Source: Planctomycetota bacterium (GTDB taxonomy: Bacteria > Planctomycetota > GCA-002687715 > DRQF01). From it: 64,000 nucleotides of DNA. The translations under genes and the position numbers were made by a program. The notes beneath the pieces are model-generated. The model saw only the letters and a program-made list of their open reading frames with translations. It had not been told where the DNA came from and ran no database searches. The first letter of the stretch is position 1, and the number at the start of each line of letters is the position of its first letter. The stretch covers positions 41,753-105,752 of the forward strand of contig JALTLO010000141.1 in the NCBI GenBank assembly GCA_027001995.1. Reading direction: 5' to 3'. Below are positions 10,246 through 19,575 of the stretch, in pieces.

Positions 10246-10766
10246 TACCTACCTCCTAAGAGCTCACTCATCAGCCGCCCTTCAGGTCTGCGGCGAAGAG
10301 CAATGAAATGAGATTCGAATGATCCGCCGAGCTCCAAGCTTGACTCGGATTCGATCACCAAAGATTGGAAAGTGGGAGCCACACCAACCGTACTCTCTGC
10401 TGGGGAGCTCAAAGCCGACTGCATCAGCCAAACCGATGACATCCCCAGAACCACTGCAGCGACTCGATAGAAAATAGGTGGCCATGGTGACTTAGGTGCC
10501 CGTGGATTCCTCTTGGCAGCCAATGCATTGGCGAGCACCATCGATCTCATCCCGACAGGGGCTGACTGGGATGACGCTCTGATTTGCCGCCCCAATTCAG
10601 CGATCACTTCAAAGTTCTCCCGACAGGGCGCACATGTGTCTCCATGCAATTGCATCTCAATTTGAGCAGCACTTGGAAGTTCTCCGTCAACGAAGGAGCT
10701 CAAATATTTGTTGTACTCATTGCAGTCCATTGAATGCCTGACATGTGGGATGTTGATTTCATCCAA
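10245..10766 (-). CDS. Anti-sigma factor with zf-HC2 (ZAS) domain
   Basis: 'C..Y..YLSSFVDGEL..HGDTCAPC' HxxxCxxC, one TM; follows the ECF sigma gene; alternative start 10730. Confidence 0.85.
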   Translation of the reverse strand: MDEINIPHVRHSMDCNEYNKYLSSFVDGELPSAAQIEMQLHGDTCAPCRENFEVIAELGRQIRASSQSAPVGMRSMVLANALAAKRNPRAPKSPWPPIFYRVAAVVLGMSSVWLMQSALSSPAESTVGVAPTFQSLVIESESSLELGGSFESHFIALRRRPEGRLMSELLGGR

Positions 10767-11388
10767 AGTTTAAGAAATTTATCCCGGATTTCTTCGCCAG
10801 AGCCAATAGACTCCCCCGAGCCCGGGTGAGGCGAGACGTCACCGTACCCGGCGGAACATCCAGGATTTCAGCCAATTGGCCATAACTCAGCCCTTCGATT
10901 TCACGCAAGACAAGCACCTGACGCTGGGAAGAAGGAAGCAGCTGCAGCAATTTGAAGAGTTCTGATTCGTCTTCGAGGGCAATGGTCTCCTCCACCGGGC
11001 CAGCCATACGGCTCTTCGATTCGAAAGATGTTGGGCCTGAAATCCGCCGTCGAGCGGTCTTGGCGCGAGCAAAATTGCGAGTGTGATTGGCAGCTAGCCT
11101 GAGAACCCAAGACGTAAAGTTCGCCTTCCCGGAAAACTTGTTTGCCTTTTCGAAGATGCGCATGAAAATTTCTTGAGTAGCATCTTCGGCATCACTTCGA
11201 TTTCCCAGTATGCCATGACAAACGCGAAAAATGCGATCGCCATAGACCCGAAAAACGAGATCCAGGGCTGAGATATCACCGGCCTTGAGGCGCAGAATTT
11301 CGTCATCTGAAATCGTCGATGGAATATGGGGGGAGCCGTCTGGCTCGCCGGGTTTAGTGCTCACTGGACCACCATCCCCACCAGGCAC
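10759..11388 (-). CDS. ECF RNA polymerase sigma-70 factor
   Basis: 'DAEDATQEIF', 'FTSWVLRLAAN', region 4 'LREIEGLSYGQLAEILDVPPGTVTSRLTRAR'. Confidence 0.93.
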   Translation of the reverse strand: MPGGDGGPVSTKPGEPDGSPHIPSTISDDEILRLKAGDISALDLVFRVYGDRIFRVCHGILGNRSDAEDATQEIFMRIFEKANKFSGKANFTSWVLRLAANHTRNFARAKTARRRISGPTSFESKSRMAGPVEETIALEDESELFKLLQLLPSSQRQVLVLREIEGLSYGQLAEILDVPPGTVTSRLTRARGSLLALAKKSGINFLNFG

Positions 11389-11538
11389 TCATGCATTCTC
11401 GCCTAGTTGCCAATTTTCGCATGTTGAGGTTTTCCATGGCCAATGATTCCATCGCTGTAAGTCAGTCCAGCCGAGGCTTTGGCGCACCGCTCTGTGCTGT
11501 CTCAGTGAAAAAAGCAAAGCACAAAGCGGTGAGCTCAG

Positions 11539-12492
11539 TCATTTCTTCCGAGGTTGTTGAACAACGATCATCGAAGAAATATTCGCAGAACCTTCCAAAG
11601 AAACCTTGGCGCTTCCATGGCCGGTCTTCAAATCACCAGCGGCAGTGACAGGGCCTTTGACCCCCACGCTTTGCACCCAAAGCGTATCCAGCGCAAGAAC
11701 TAATTGCCCACTGATGTCACTTTCAACTTTCAATCCTTTGGCTTCGATCTCCGATGAATCAATCTCAAGCTTGAGATCAAAGATAGCGCATGGGACTCCA
11801 AGTACTCGCTTCTTCTTAACGAGAGTCAAAGTCATAGAGCCAAAGTTATTCGACGAATCGTTGACTCCTAGCAGCCGCCGAACCGCTTCCTGGTCGACTT
11901 TCACATTCTCCCCCACCGCCATCTCCCGGGCACCGACAATTCGGTCCATCTCAAAGTAGGGGCTGAACAAGACACCACTCTTCAGGTTTTCGCCAAACTC
12001 CTTCTCGATCGCCGCCAGTTCTTCCTTCGTTGCATCTTCGTTTGAAGAATTTTTCGCGACGAGCGATCCCTTCGAGCAATCCAAGGTAAAGGTTTTACCA
12101 ACAAGAGGAAAGTCCTTGTTCTCGTTCGAATCACCAAGACTCGTCATGGACTTCTTGGTTTCTTTCATCGTCTTAAACGTGACTTTCGCCCGCACAATCC
12201 CTTTCTCATTAGCAGCGAGTACTTCGAAGATCGTGATGCGCTTCGACTTCTTGTCTTCCGATCTTTCCTGCACAGTTTCGCCCATCTCAAACACCTGCTT
12301 TGCGGTGCTATGAGAGTCACGGGCCATAGTGAGAGTCGCGCCTTTGGAGAGAATGGCTTTCTTGAATTTGAGCTGTTTTTGGCCAGCAGCAAGAGACGCC
12401 ATGCATGTGAATATGAGAAAAAGGACAACATGTTTGTTCGTATTGATTTGCATTTCGGACTCCATTCCGGGTGAATTTCGAAGCAGATTCAA
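11539..12492 (-). CDS. Secreted hypothetical protein, paralog of 27896..28819
   Basis: Signal peptide-like N-terminus; colinear similarity to the 27896..28819 product; start uncertain. Confidence 0.7.
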   Translation of the reverse strand: MNLLRNSPGMESEMQINTNKHVVLFLIFTCMASLAAGQKQLKFKKAILSKGATLTMARDSHSTAKQVFEMGETVQERSEDKKSKRITIFEVLAANEKGIVRAKVTFKTMKETKKSMTSLGDSNENKDFPLVGKTFTLDCSKGSLVAKNSSNEDATKEELAAIEKEFGENLKSGVLFSPYFEMDRIVGAREMAVGENVKVDQEAVRRLLGVNDSSNNFGSMTLTLVKKKRVLGVPCAIFDLKLEIDSSEIEAKGLKVESDISGQLVLALDTLWVQSVGVKGPVTAAGDLKTGHGSAKVSLEGSANISSMIVVQQPRKK

Positions 12493-12816
12493 CGACTTGC
12501 AACGTCCATTTGCAAGAGAGGAGTTTGGCTTTTGTCCAGCAAAGGGTCGAATCGCCTTTGTCTAGTAGGAGATTCCATAACGGATTTTCGAAACCCGTAT
12601 TCGAAGTGGAAACCCACCAAGGGCCTCACTTTAGGAGACCATGCGCGGCCCAACGCCCTTGTCCAAAATCCTCGATCTTGCAGGCTAAAAATTCCCGAGA
12701 AATTTCAGTCAGTCCCCATCCTTCACGACCTTGGGCAACTCACGTTGAAAATATCTTAGTCCACCTCCCTCAGCTTGGCGTCTACTAAGTGGACACCCCC
12801 TCCTTAGGAGATCCGC

Positions 12817-13248
12817 ATGCACAAAGTATTCATGATCGCTCTCATTCTGTGCGCCTCGAGCGCAACATCGGCCCAAGTGGGCGGCAGCTACGAACCATTA
12901 AAAGGCAAACGATTGAGCAGTTTTTTTCGCACCCAAGGACAAAGTGAAAAGGGCCACTATGTCTCCTTTTACATGCAGGGTAGCGCTATCCCTCTCAAGA
13001 AGTCCAGCAAGAGCAGAACACAAAAATTTACTTACAAGAAACTCCAGTTTGTCGTCGCCACCCATAATCCCTATTTCATGCAAACCAAGCGAAAGCTGAG
13101 TAAATCCGCCAAGGGGCAAATATTGGTGAAAGGCCGAGTGCGTCAAAGGCGAACTTCTGATCGCAAGATTACCCACTACTTATTCATCGACACCATGCAG
13201 AAGATCGGACGAAGGTCAAAAACGAAAAGGAAAAGAAAGAAATCCTGA
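12817..13248 (+). CDS. Basic secreted hypothetical protein
   Basis: RBS 'aggag' upstream, signal peptide, followed by a terminator. Confidence 0.65.
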   Translation: MHKVFMIALILCASSATSAQVGGSYEPLKGKRLSSFFRTQGQSEKGHYVSFYMQGSAIPLKKSSKSRTQKFTYKKLQFVVATHNPYFMQTKRKLSKSAKGQILVKGRVRQRRTSDRKITHYLFIDTMQKIGRRSKTKRKRKKS

Positions 13249-13340
13249 CCCGAAAATTGGGTTGGGGCCGTTCTTTCTATTGGCAAAAGATACCTCTCTC
13301 TTGGAGTTCTTATCCGTCGCGCAGGGCGGTCCGAACCCAA

Positions 13341-13382
13341 AAAGAAAAGCCCCGGCTCTTAGGAGCTGGGGCTTTTCTTTTG
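13341..13382. terminator. Bidirectional intrinsic terminator
   Basis: aaagaaaagccccggctc..gagctggggcttttcttt hairpin with A/T tracts between convergent genes. Confidence 0.85.
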
Positions 13383-13405
13383 TCAGTCTTCCTATAGAGA
13401 GTGAT

Positions 13406-14209
13406 TCAATTGGAATTCGACGCATTGCCGTTCGCGTTGGTCCCGTTCGCAGCCCCAAACATCGAACGCATTTGCTCCATCTGCTTGGTTTGTTTCTCTT
13501 GTTCCTGATTGAAGGTCTGGTATTGGCTCGGATCCAAATAACCCTGCACATCGTTGTCGACCTTCTTCATAGCCCCGTCAATCTGTGCAAAGGCCTCGAC
13601 CTTCTCTTGCTTCTTGGCGCTCGGATCCATGACAATGCCTAACGCCGGCATCACCGTGTCCATGGATTCCCGAACAGTTGTCTCGAATCGTTCAACTTGA
13701 TCAGGCCTTAAGTCGAGCTTCTTGATCGCCTTTTCCAGTTGTTTTTCCATTCTGGCTTTGATGAGCGGCGTCCAGCGTTTGCGTTCAGCTTTCCGCCGTA
13801 TCGCATCTTTCTTGGCCACAGCCTCTTCCACAACACGGCTCAACACATCTTCGATCGCAGCTTCTCCGCCTACGGACGCCAAGAGTTCGCTGCCTCCGAG
13901 CCCGCCTTGCTTGGAATTAAGCTTGGACACAGCGGACTTCAGATCTGCCACTTCCTTGCCATAGCGACGATCAAGTTCTTTCAACGCCGCGATTTCCAAA
14001 ACTGGAGACTCTCGGCGCTCTCGGGCCATTTCTTCCATTGTGTTCTCCAACTCAAGAAGTCGAGCCCGGGTGGCAGCCATCTCAGAAGCGTCGGAGGGAT
14101 CTCCCATGGCATCCAAATCGTGTTGATTCTCCATCAATAGGAATGCAGTTCCGGCACCGGAAAGACTCGCCACAAGGACACAAATCAAAACAAGAAAGGC
14201 GGGTTTCAT
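13406..14209 (-). CDS. Membrane-anchored coiled-coil hypothetical protein
   Basis: N-terminal hydrophobic anchor, helical repeats ('LDLRPDQ', 'LDPSQY'), RBS gagg. Confidence 0.7.
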   Translation of the reverse strand: MKPAFLVLICVLVASLSGAGTAFLLMENQHDLDAMGDPSDASEMAATRARLLELENTMEEMARERRESPVLEIAALKELDRRYGKEVADLKSAVSKLNSKQGGLGGSELLASVGGEAAIEDVLSRVVEEAVAKKDAIRRKAERKRWTPLIKARMEKQLEKAIKKLDLRPDQVERFETTVRESMDTVMPALGIVMDPSAKKQEKVEAFAQIDGAMKKVDNDVQGYLDPSQYQTFNQEQEKQTKQMEQMRSMFGAANGTNANGNASNSN

Positions 14210-14494
14210 CGAATTTCCTCAGTCAAAGGACTTTTCCAGTTCGTCGCCAAATGGAGACAGTCTCTGGGAACCAATGTCCTCATATTTGGACAGTTTCAGC
14301 CATGCTTCTCTGGCAAGATACTTTGCCAAGACGCACCGCAAGTCAGCATATAAGTCGTTAACCACCTCATTGGCCACGTGTTACGCCACAATCTGGATAG
14401 CAGGAATAAAAGATCTGAAATCGTTGGGCTATTGGTACGGAAGTTGTGTTGTAGAAAGGCGTTCCACCTGCTTCGGTGGAGACAAAACGAATCT

Positions 14495-14673
14495 GGTCTG
14501 AAGGGGAAAATCGCTTGCTCGGTGGACGGCATCAACAATTTGTAAATCATCCGCTCCATCAACGTATCGTGACCGACTTTCAACTGTCTTAGTTGTCGCC
14601 CAAGAAAGTCCCGAGCAAGAGACCATCCTAAGACTCGATTACGCGCACCCTCCCAGAGGGTGCGCTTTTTTTT
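14495..14673 (+). ncRNA. Candidate structured small RNA ending in an intrinsic terminator
   Basis: Long-range pairing cttgctcgg (14514-22) with ccgagcaag (14611-19) plus inner ggac/gtcc and caac/gttg pairs; + strand terminator with no convincing + strand CDS upstream. Confidence 0.4.
14643..14673 (+). terminator. Intrinsic terminator
   Basis: gcgcaccctc-cca-gagggtgcgc followed by T8. Confidence 0.88.
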
Positions 14674-14707
14674 GGGCCAAACCCGCACCGAACGCCTAAC
14701 CCCACCT

Positions 14708-16444
14708 TCAAGAAACTTGTGGGAGAGAAACGAAAAATGTCGATCCTTTGCCACAGGTACTGTCCAGCTCGATGCGACCTCCATGGGCAATGACACAGTT
14801 CTTGACAATGGCGAGGCCCAAACCTGTGCCCCCCACTTGTCGAGAACGGGCCGCATCAACGCGGTAGAAACGTTCGAAGATTCGATCTTGATGTTCAGCG
14901 GCGATGCCCTCGCCATCATCTTTCACCATGAAGGTGACGCAGCCATTCGTTTTGGTCAGGGCCACCTGAACTCGTCCACCAGCAGGGGTGTACTTCAGAG
15001 CATTCAAAATCAAGTTGTCAAAAACACTCTTAAGAGCTCTTCGGTCACCCAAGACGCGGACATCCTCTATGGGCTCCACCAACTCCAGAGAAACACCTTC
15101 GGTTTGAGAAGCCATGGTCAAAAGAGAAACACTTTCTCGGGCCAGGGCACCTAACTCGAGGGGTTCCATATTAAGATGTTCATCGCCGGCCTGAAGTCGG
15201 GAAAGCTCGAGGACATCGTTAATCAAGCCGTCTAAGCGCATGGCATTTTGAACGATGCGGCCAACAAATCGTTCTCGTACCTCAGCAGGCATCGATGGGT
15301 CACCTTGGATAGTCTCCGCCGCTCCTTGAATTGCGGTCAAAGGCGTCTTTAATTCGTGAGAAACATTAGCAACGAATTCTCGCCTCATGTTTTCCAAGCG
15401 GTGAATCGTGCTCACATCTGACAACAGGCAAACAGCGCCTTTTGTGCTCTTCATTTCGTCCCTCAGTGGCGCAATTTGGAGTTCTACCCAAAGCCCTACA
15501 GATTCAAATTCCAGTTGGGCAGAAACAAGAGTGCCGGAAGAGATTGCTGAGTCAATCTGCTCTTGAATCAATGGGCCACTGGAAAGTTGTTCCGTGGTGG
15601 ATGGGATTTCGCCATGGGCTTCCACCCCAAGTATCTTCTTAGCTGCTTCATTCATGAGAATGATCTTGTGGTCAAGATCAACGGCCATGAGGCCTTCGCC
15701 CATGCTTGCCAAGATCGTCTCTAACTCTTTCTTGTTGCGGGCGCCTTTCTGGATGCGGGCCATCAATTCAGCGGCGATGTCTTTCAGGGCTCGAACGCAC
15801 TCATTCAATTCCCAACTGGAAAGAATCGGTGGACGTTCTTCATGGGCACCAGCAGCCAAAGAGACGATGTAGTCACGCAAACGCTCGACTGAGGCTGCCT
15901 GATGTTTCGCCAAGAAAAACGTGCCGATAATCCCAAGGAAAAGGACAAGAGCCCCACCGATGAGCAAACTTCCTCGTACAGACTCACTTCTGGACAAGGC
16001 ATCGGCCAAAGAGATTTCTGTTCGCAGGAAACCGATGAGCTTCTCGTCCACCCGCAAAGATTGAACCAAAACAAGCGACGAAGCGGGCTCCCCCCGTGGA
16101 TGCCAACCTTCACCCTTCTCTCCTGCCATGCGAAATTCTTCACTGTCCAAGAGGGTCGGTCCCGGCGACTCTGAGAATTCTGCACTGGATATGAACTCCA
16201 CCGGCCCTTCCATGGCGAAATGCCCGAGCGTTTCACGTCCCGCTTCACTCAGTTCTCCATTCCGAATTTCGGGAATCAGGCGCTGTGCGCAAGACCGGAG
16301 CTGAGAGAATGCTATGGATCGCTCTGGCCCAAAAGCGCCAGCATCCTCGATCAAGAGCGCGATCACCCCGAACAATCCCACGACCATTATGAGGAGGGCA
16401 GAATAAGTCCTGGTCTGGCGGATGACTTCACGATCAATTCTCAT
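14708..16444 (-). CDS. phoR: PhoR-like sensor histidine kinase (HAMP-PAS-HisKA-HATPase)
   Basis: 'EFVANVSHELKTPLT', 'NALKYT', 'IFERFYRVD..RSR..GGTGLGLAIVK'. Confidence 0.88.
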   Translation of the reverse strand: MRIDREVIRQTRTYSALLIMVVGLFGVIALLIEDAGAFGPERSIAFSQLRSCAQRLIPEIRNGELSEAGRETLGHFAMEGPVEFISSAEFSESPGPTLLDSEEFRMAGEKGEGWHPRGEPASSLVLVQSLRVDEKLIGFLRTEISLADALSRSESVRGSLLIGGALVLFLGIIGTFFLAKHQAASVERLRDYIVSLAAGAHEERPPILSSWELNECVRALKDIAAELMARIQKGARNKKELETILASMGEGLMAVDLDHKIILMNEAAKKILGVEAHGEIPSTTEQLSSGPLIQEQIDSAISSGTLVSAQLEFESVGLWVELQIAPLRDEMKSTKGAVCLLSDVSTIHRLENMRREFVANVSHELKTPLTAIQGAAETIQGDPSMPAEVRERFVGRIVQNAMRLDGLINDVLELSRLQAGDEHLNMEPLELGALARESVSLLTMASQTEGVSLELVEPIEDVRVLGDRRALKSVFDNLILNALKYTPAGGRVQVALTKTNGCVTFMVKDDGEGIAAEHQDRIFERFYRVDAARSRQVGGTGLGLAIVKNCVIAHGGRIELDSTCGKGSTFFVSLPQVS

Positions 16445-17145
16445 CCCTGTCCCTTGCGCGGGGCAAATCGATAGCCCACGCCCCGCACAGTCTCAATCAC
16501 AGAACGCCGATCACCCAACTTCTTCCGAATCGTTTTGACATGAACATCAACGTTGCGATCCATAGGAAGCATGGGTTGCCCGATGGCTTTAGCGCTGATT
16601 TGTTCGCGACTGAAAACCCGCCCTGGCTGGGAAGCCAAGAGTTGGATGATCTTGAATTCCGTAGCAGTGAATTCAATCGTTTGACCATCAACTTGGATCT
16701 CATGGCGAACTGTGTCAATGAGGACACCATTAGCTTCCAGGCGCTCACCGCCACCACTATTGTTGCGGACACCAACCCGACGCAAGACGGCCGCCACCCG
16801 GGCCATAAGTTCTTTCGGCCGAAATGGCTTGGTGACATAGTCATCAGCGCCCAGTCCCAAACCAACAATAGCGTCGGATTCTTCGGCTTTGGCAGTGACC
16901 ATGATGATAGGGATGTCTTGGGTCAAGGAGTCGCGTCGTAATTCGGTGCAAATCTCTGTCCCGGAAAGTCCGGGGAGCATGAGATCGAGAAGAATGAGAT
17001 CCGGGTTTTTTTGCCGCGCCAATGCCAAACCTCCCTCCCCATCAAGGGCTTTGTAGCAGCGATATCCTTCGGCCTCCAAGTTGTAAACCAGGATTTCAAG
17101 AATGTCGATTTCGTCTTCTACGACCAGAATGGATTTCTTGCTCAT
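16441..17145 (-). CDS. phoB: PhoB/OmpR-family response regulator
   Basis: 'ILVVEDE..DLILLDLMLPG..GADDYVTKPF' and winged helix 'IETVRGVGY'; start reassigned to ATG 17145. Confidence 0.88.
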   Translation of the reverse strand: MSKKSILVVEDEIDILEILVYNLEAEGYRCYKALDGEGGLALARQKNPDLILLDLMLPGLSGTEICTELRRDSLTQDIPIIMVTAKAEESDAIVGLGLGADDYVTKPFRPKELMARVAAVLRRVGVRNNSGGGERLEANGVLIDTVRHEIQVDGQTIEFTATEFKIIQLLASQPGRVFSREQISAKAIGQPMLPMDRNVDVHVKTIRKKLGDRRSVIETVRGVGYRFAPRKGQG

Positions 17146-17334
17146 GCTTCGGTTCACCCGTGTCACATCAAAGAAGACTGATCCTTTCAGTCCCGTGTAA
17201 GGATAGAGTAAAGATGGGGTGAAATGTTGCCCCGAGCGTGTTTTCGCCAAGAAGTTGGCAAAATGTCATCAATCCTCTCGACCAAATCAGAGGGTGAGGG
17301 CCCCTCAGCCCCAAATTCCTGAGGGAAGTCTTCA

Positions 17335-17373
17335 ATTACCAGCATTTTTCTCAATATTTACCATTCATTCACA
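17335..17373 (+). promoter_or_regulatory. Possible Pho-box-like direct repeats
   Basis: attacc (17335), tttacc (17357), ttcaca (17368) in 11-bp register upstream of the porin gene. Confidence 0.35.
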
Positions 17374-17522
17374 AAGGAGTACTAACCTTCCCCCATGAAA
17401 CAGATGCATCGGCAAAGTTGCTTGTTTCCGTTACGTTTGCCAACGCATTACGGCAATTCTGACCAACAGAGAATTGAGCTCAAACAAGGGCCCAAACACT
17501 CCGAGAGCTTGAAGGAAGATCA

Positions 17523-18944
17523 ATGAAAATGAAGAACTTTTCGTGGGCCGTGGCCATTTCTCTCACCATCGTTGCTTCGTTGTCGGCACAAGAGCCAGAC
17601 ACAAGAGTTGATGAACTCTTACTACGGATCAAGACCCTCGAAAACCGCATCGTAGACTTGGAAGCCACAAGCTTGGAGAACCCAAGTACGGAATTGGAGA
17701 AACAACTCAATGCCCTCACCACTGGGGCCCTGGGAGACAACAACGAATTCACCTCCCGCTGGGGAAATACCAGACGATTCGAGACCCCAGACAAGGCTTT
17801 TCAGCTAAAAACTGGAGGCCGAATCATGAATGATTGGGTCTGGGGATTTCAGGACAATGACTATGAAAACGCCGTAATCTCGGATGCCGCTAATGCGCCC
17901 CTTGGCCGTTTCGCCGATGGAACAGAATTTCGTCGGGCTCGGCTCTACATCAGCGGCACCATTTACAGCCGCGTTGTTTTCAAGCTCGACTTCGGATTCG
18001 AAGGAGGCGATGCTGACTTCAAAGATGCCTACATTGGCCTCAAGAACATTCCATGGGTGGGAAAAATCCTCGTTGGACAATTCAAGATTCCTTTCGGTCT
18101 CGAGTACATGACAAGTTCTAAGCATATCACTTTCATGGAAAGAAGCATGGGTTCGGACGCCTTCATCGCAGACCGTGGTACCGGCCTCAAGTTCGTCAAC
18201 ACTGCCTTGGAAGATGATCGACTGAGCTGGTCCGTCTCCGTCTACCGGGAAGCCGATACATTCGGATCAACCAAAGTGCCTTCCGATGGCCAATACAACT
18301 TCGCCGCTCGTATAACCGCCTTACCCTGGTGGGAAAATGCTGGAAGACGCTACTTACACGTCGGTTTCGCCGCGAACTGGCGTAATCCAGCTCAACCAGG
18401 CAACGGCCTCTCTCAGGTACGCTACCGTTCGAAACCCGAAGTTCACCTATCTCCCCGCGTGGTCGATACTGGCAACTTCGAAGCAGAAAGCGCCCTCTTG
18501 TTGAACGCAGAGGTTGCCCTCGTTATCGACTCCTTCTCCCTGCAAGGAGAATTCTACTACGCCGACGTTTCCTCGAAGGCAGGAAACGATCCCACCTTCT
18601 CCGCGTTTAACGTCTACGCCAGCTATTTCCTTACTGGCGAGCATCGCATCTACAAGAAATCCGCTGGTGCCTTCAACCGTATCAAACCAATCCACAATTT
18701 CCTCGATGGTGAAGGTGGTATCGGTGCTTGGGAGATCGCCGCCCGATTCTCGATGATCGACCTCAACGATGGCAATATCAACGGTGGCGAAGCTTGGAAC
18801 ATCACTCTGGGGCTCACCTGGTATTTGAACCCCAATACCCAGGTGAAACTAAACTACATTTATACCAACCTGGACAATCAAGTGGCTGGGTCACAAGAAG
18901 GTGCAGCCCACATCATTGGCATGCGCTTCCAAATCGACTTCTAA
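17523..18944 (+). CDS. OprO/OprP-family phosphate-selective porin
   Basis: Signal peptide, 'GTEFRRARLY', 'GQFKIPFGLE', 'GAWEIAARFS', C-terminal Phe; divergent from phoBR. Confidence 0.9.
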   Translation: MKMKNFSWAVAISLTIVASLSAQEPDTRVDELLLRIKTLENRIVDLEATSLENPSTELEKQLNALTTGALGDNNEFTSRWGNTRRFETPDKAFQLKTGGRIMNDWVWGFQDNDYENAVISDAANAPLGRFADGTEFRRARLYISGTIYSRVVFKLDFGFEGGDADFKDAYIGLKNIPWVGKILVGQFKIPFGLEYMTSSKHITFMERSMGSDAFIADRGTGLKFVNTALEDDRLSWSVSVYREADTFGSTKVPSDGQYNFAARITALPWWENAGRRYLHVGFAANWRNPAQPGNGLSQVRYRSKPEVHLSPRVVDTGNFEAESALLLNAEVALVIDSFSLQGEFYYADVSSKAGNDPTFSAFNVYASYFLTGEHRIYKKSAGAFNRIKPIHNFLDGEGGIGAWEIAARFSMIDLNDGNINGGEAWNITLGLTWYLNPNTQVKLNYIYTNLDNQVAGSQEGAAHIIGMRFQIDF

Positions 18945-18965
18945 CTCAGCGGAATCGACCACATC

Positions 18966-19016
18966 AATCCGTGCAATGAAGGGCACCCCAAACGTCCTCT
19001 CATTGCACGGATTTTC
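18966..19016 (+). terminator. Hairpin/terminator after the porin gene
   Basis: 14-bp inverted repeat aatccgtgcaatga / tcattgcacggatt with a short T run. Confidence 0.65.
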
Positions 19017-19129
19017 CCGTGCTGGGGGGTGCGATTGAGGAAGTCAAGGAGGAAAGGGCTTCGGCTCCCTAAACTGGAAGCCAATTGGCCTAAAAAAATT
19101 TGACGTTCTCTGAAATTCCAACTATGGTT

Positions 19130-19277
19130 CTTAGACATGTTGGCAGTGCATTTCTCGCCCGAAGTCGGATAGATTTATTCCTTGGTGAGAGAATACGTTT
19201 TGTTCTTGGGAAATCGCTTTGAGCTCTTCTCAATTGTGGTCCAGTAAGTCTCGGAAACCGACTTCCTGAGAACTCAT
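19130..19277 (-). pseudogene. Degraded four-helix-bundle protein (23S rRNA IVP-like) remnant
   Basis: Minus strand reads 'MSSQEVGFRDLL', then in another frame 'SKRFPKNKTYSLTKE*..CTANMS', resembling the family pattern FRDL..FPKEE.YSLT.Q..ANIAE. Confidence 0.35.
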
Positions 19278-19575
19278 GCAACAGGAATCGGTAGACAGCT
19301 TGGGGTTTCATCCTCAGATTTTGAGTTTCTCGAGATCTCTTACAACTTAAAATGGACGCTCTCCCCTTTGGCCCAATGGCCTAAGGCACCCGAGGCAATT
19401 TTGCCTCCGCCTATGAAATTCACTCAGTAACGAACAAACGATTCACGCTTCCAGCATGATGCTGCCCCGAACAATTTGACACTGCCAAGACTCCCGAAAC
19501 GGTCATAGAGGCTCCCCAGCACCTCAACTCACGATCGGGTCTCTCTGCGTTTCATTCAACAAATGCACAAGAACA

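Noticed and set aside
14596..14620. 'aagaaagtcc' resembling the RNase P RNA signature
   Set aside because: Not the GAGGAAAGUCC consensus, the other conserved RNase P elements are missing, and there is too little space before the terminator
14274..14919. ORFs 14274..14501 (+), 14296..14919 (-) and 14429..14626 (-)
   Set aside because: No recognisable motifs; the longest overlaps phoR out of frame and crosses a terminator
17146..17250. N-terminal extensions given by the ORF track for phoB (also punA, nupC, HU, the YkuD protein and the 36-kb lipoprotein)
   Set aside because: Artefacts of longest-ORF calling; homology starts at downstream ATGs and several extensions overlap neighbouring genes
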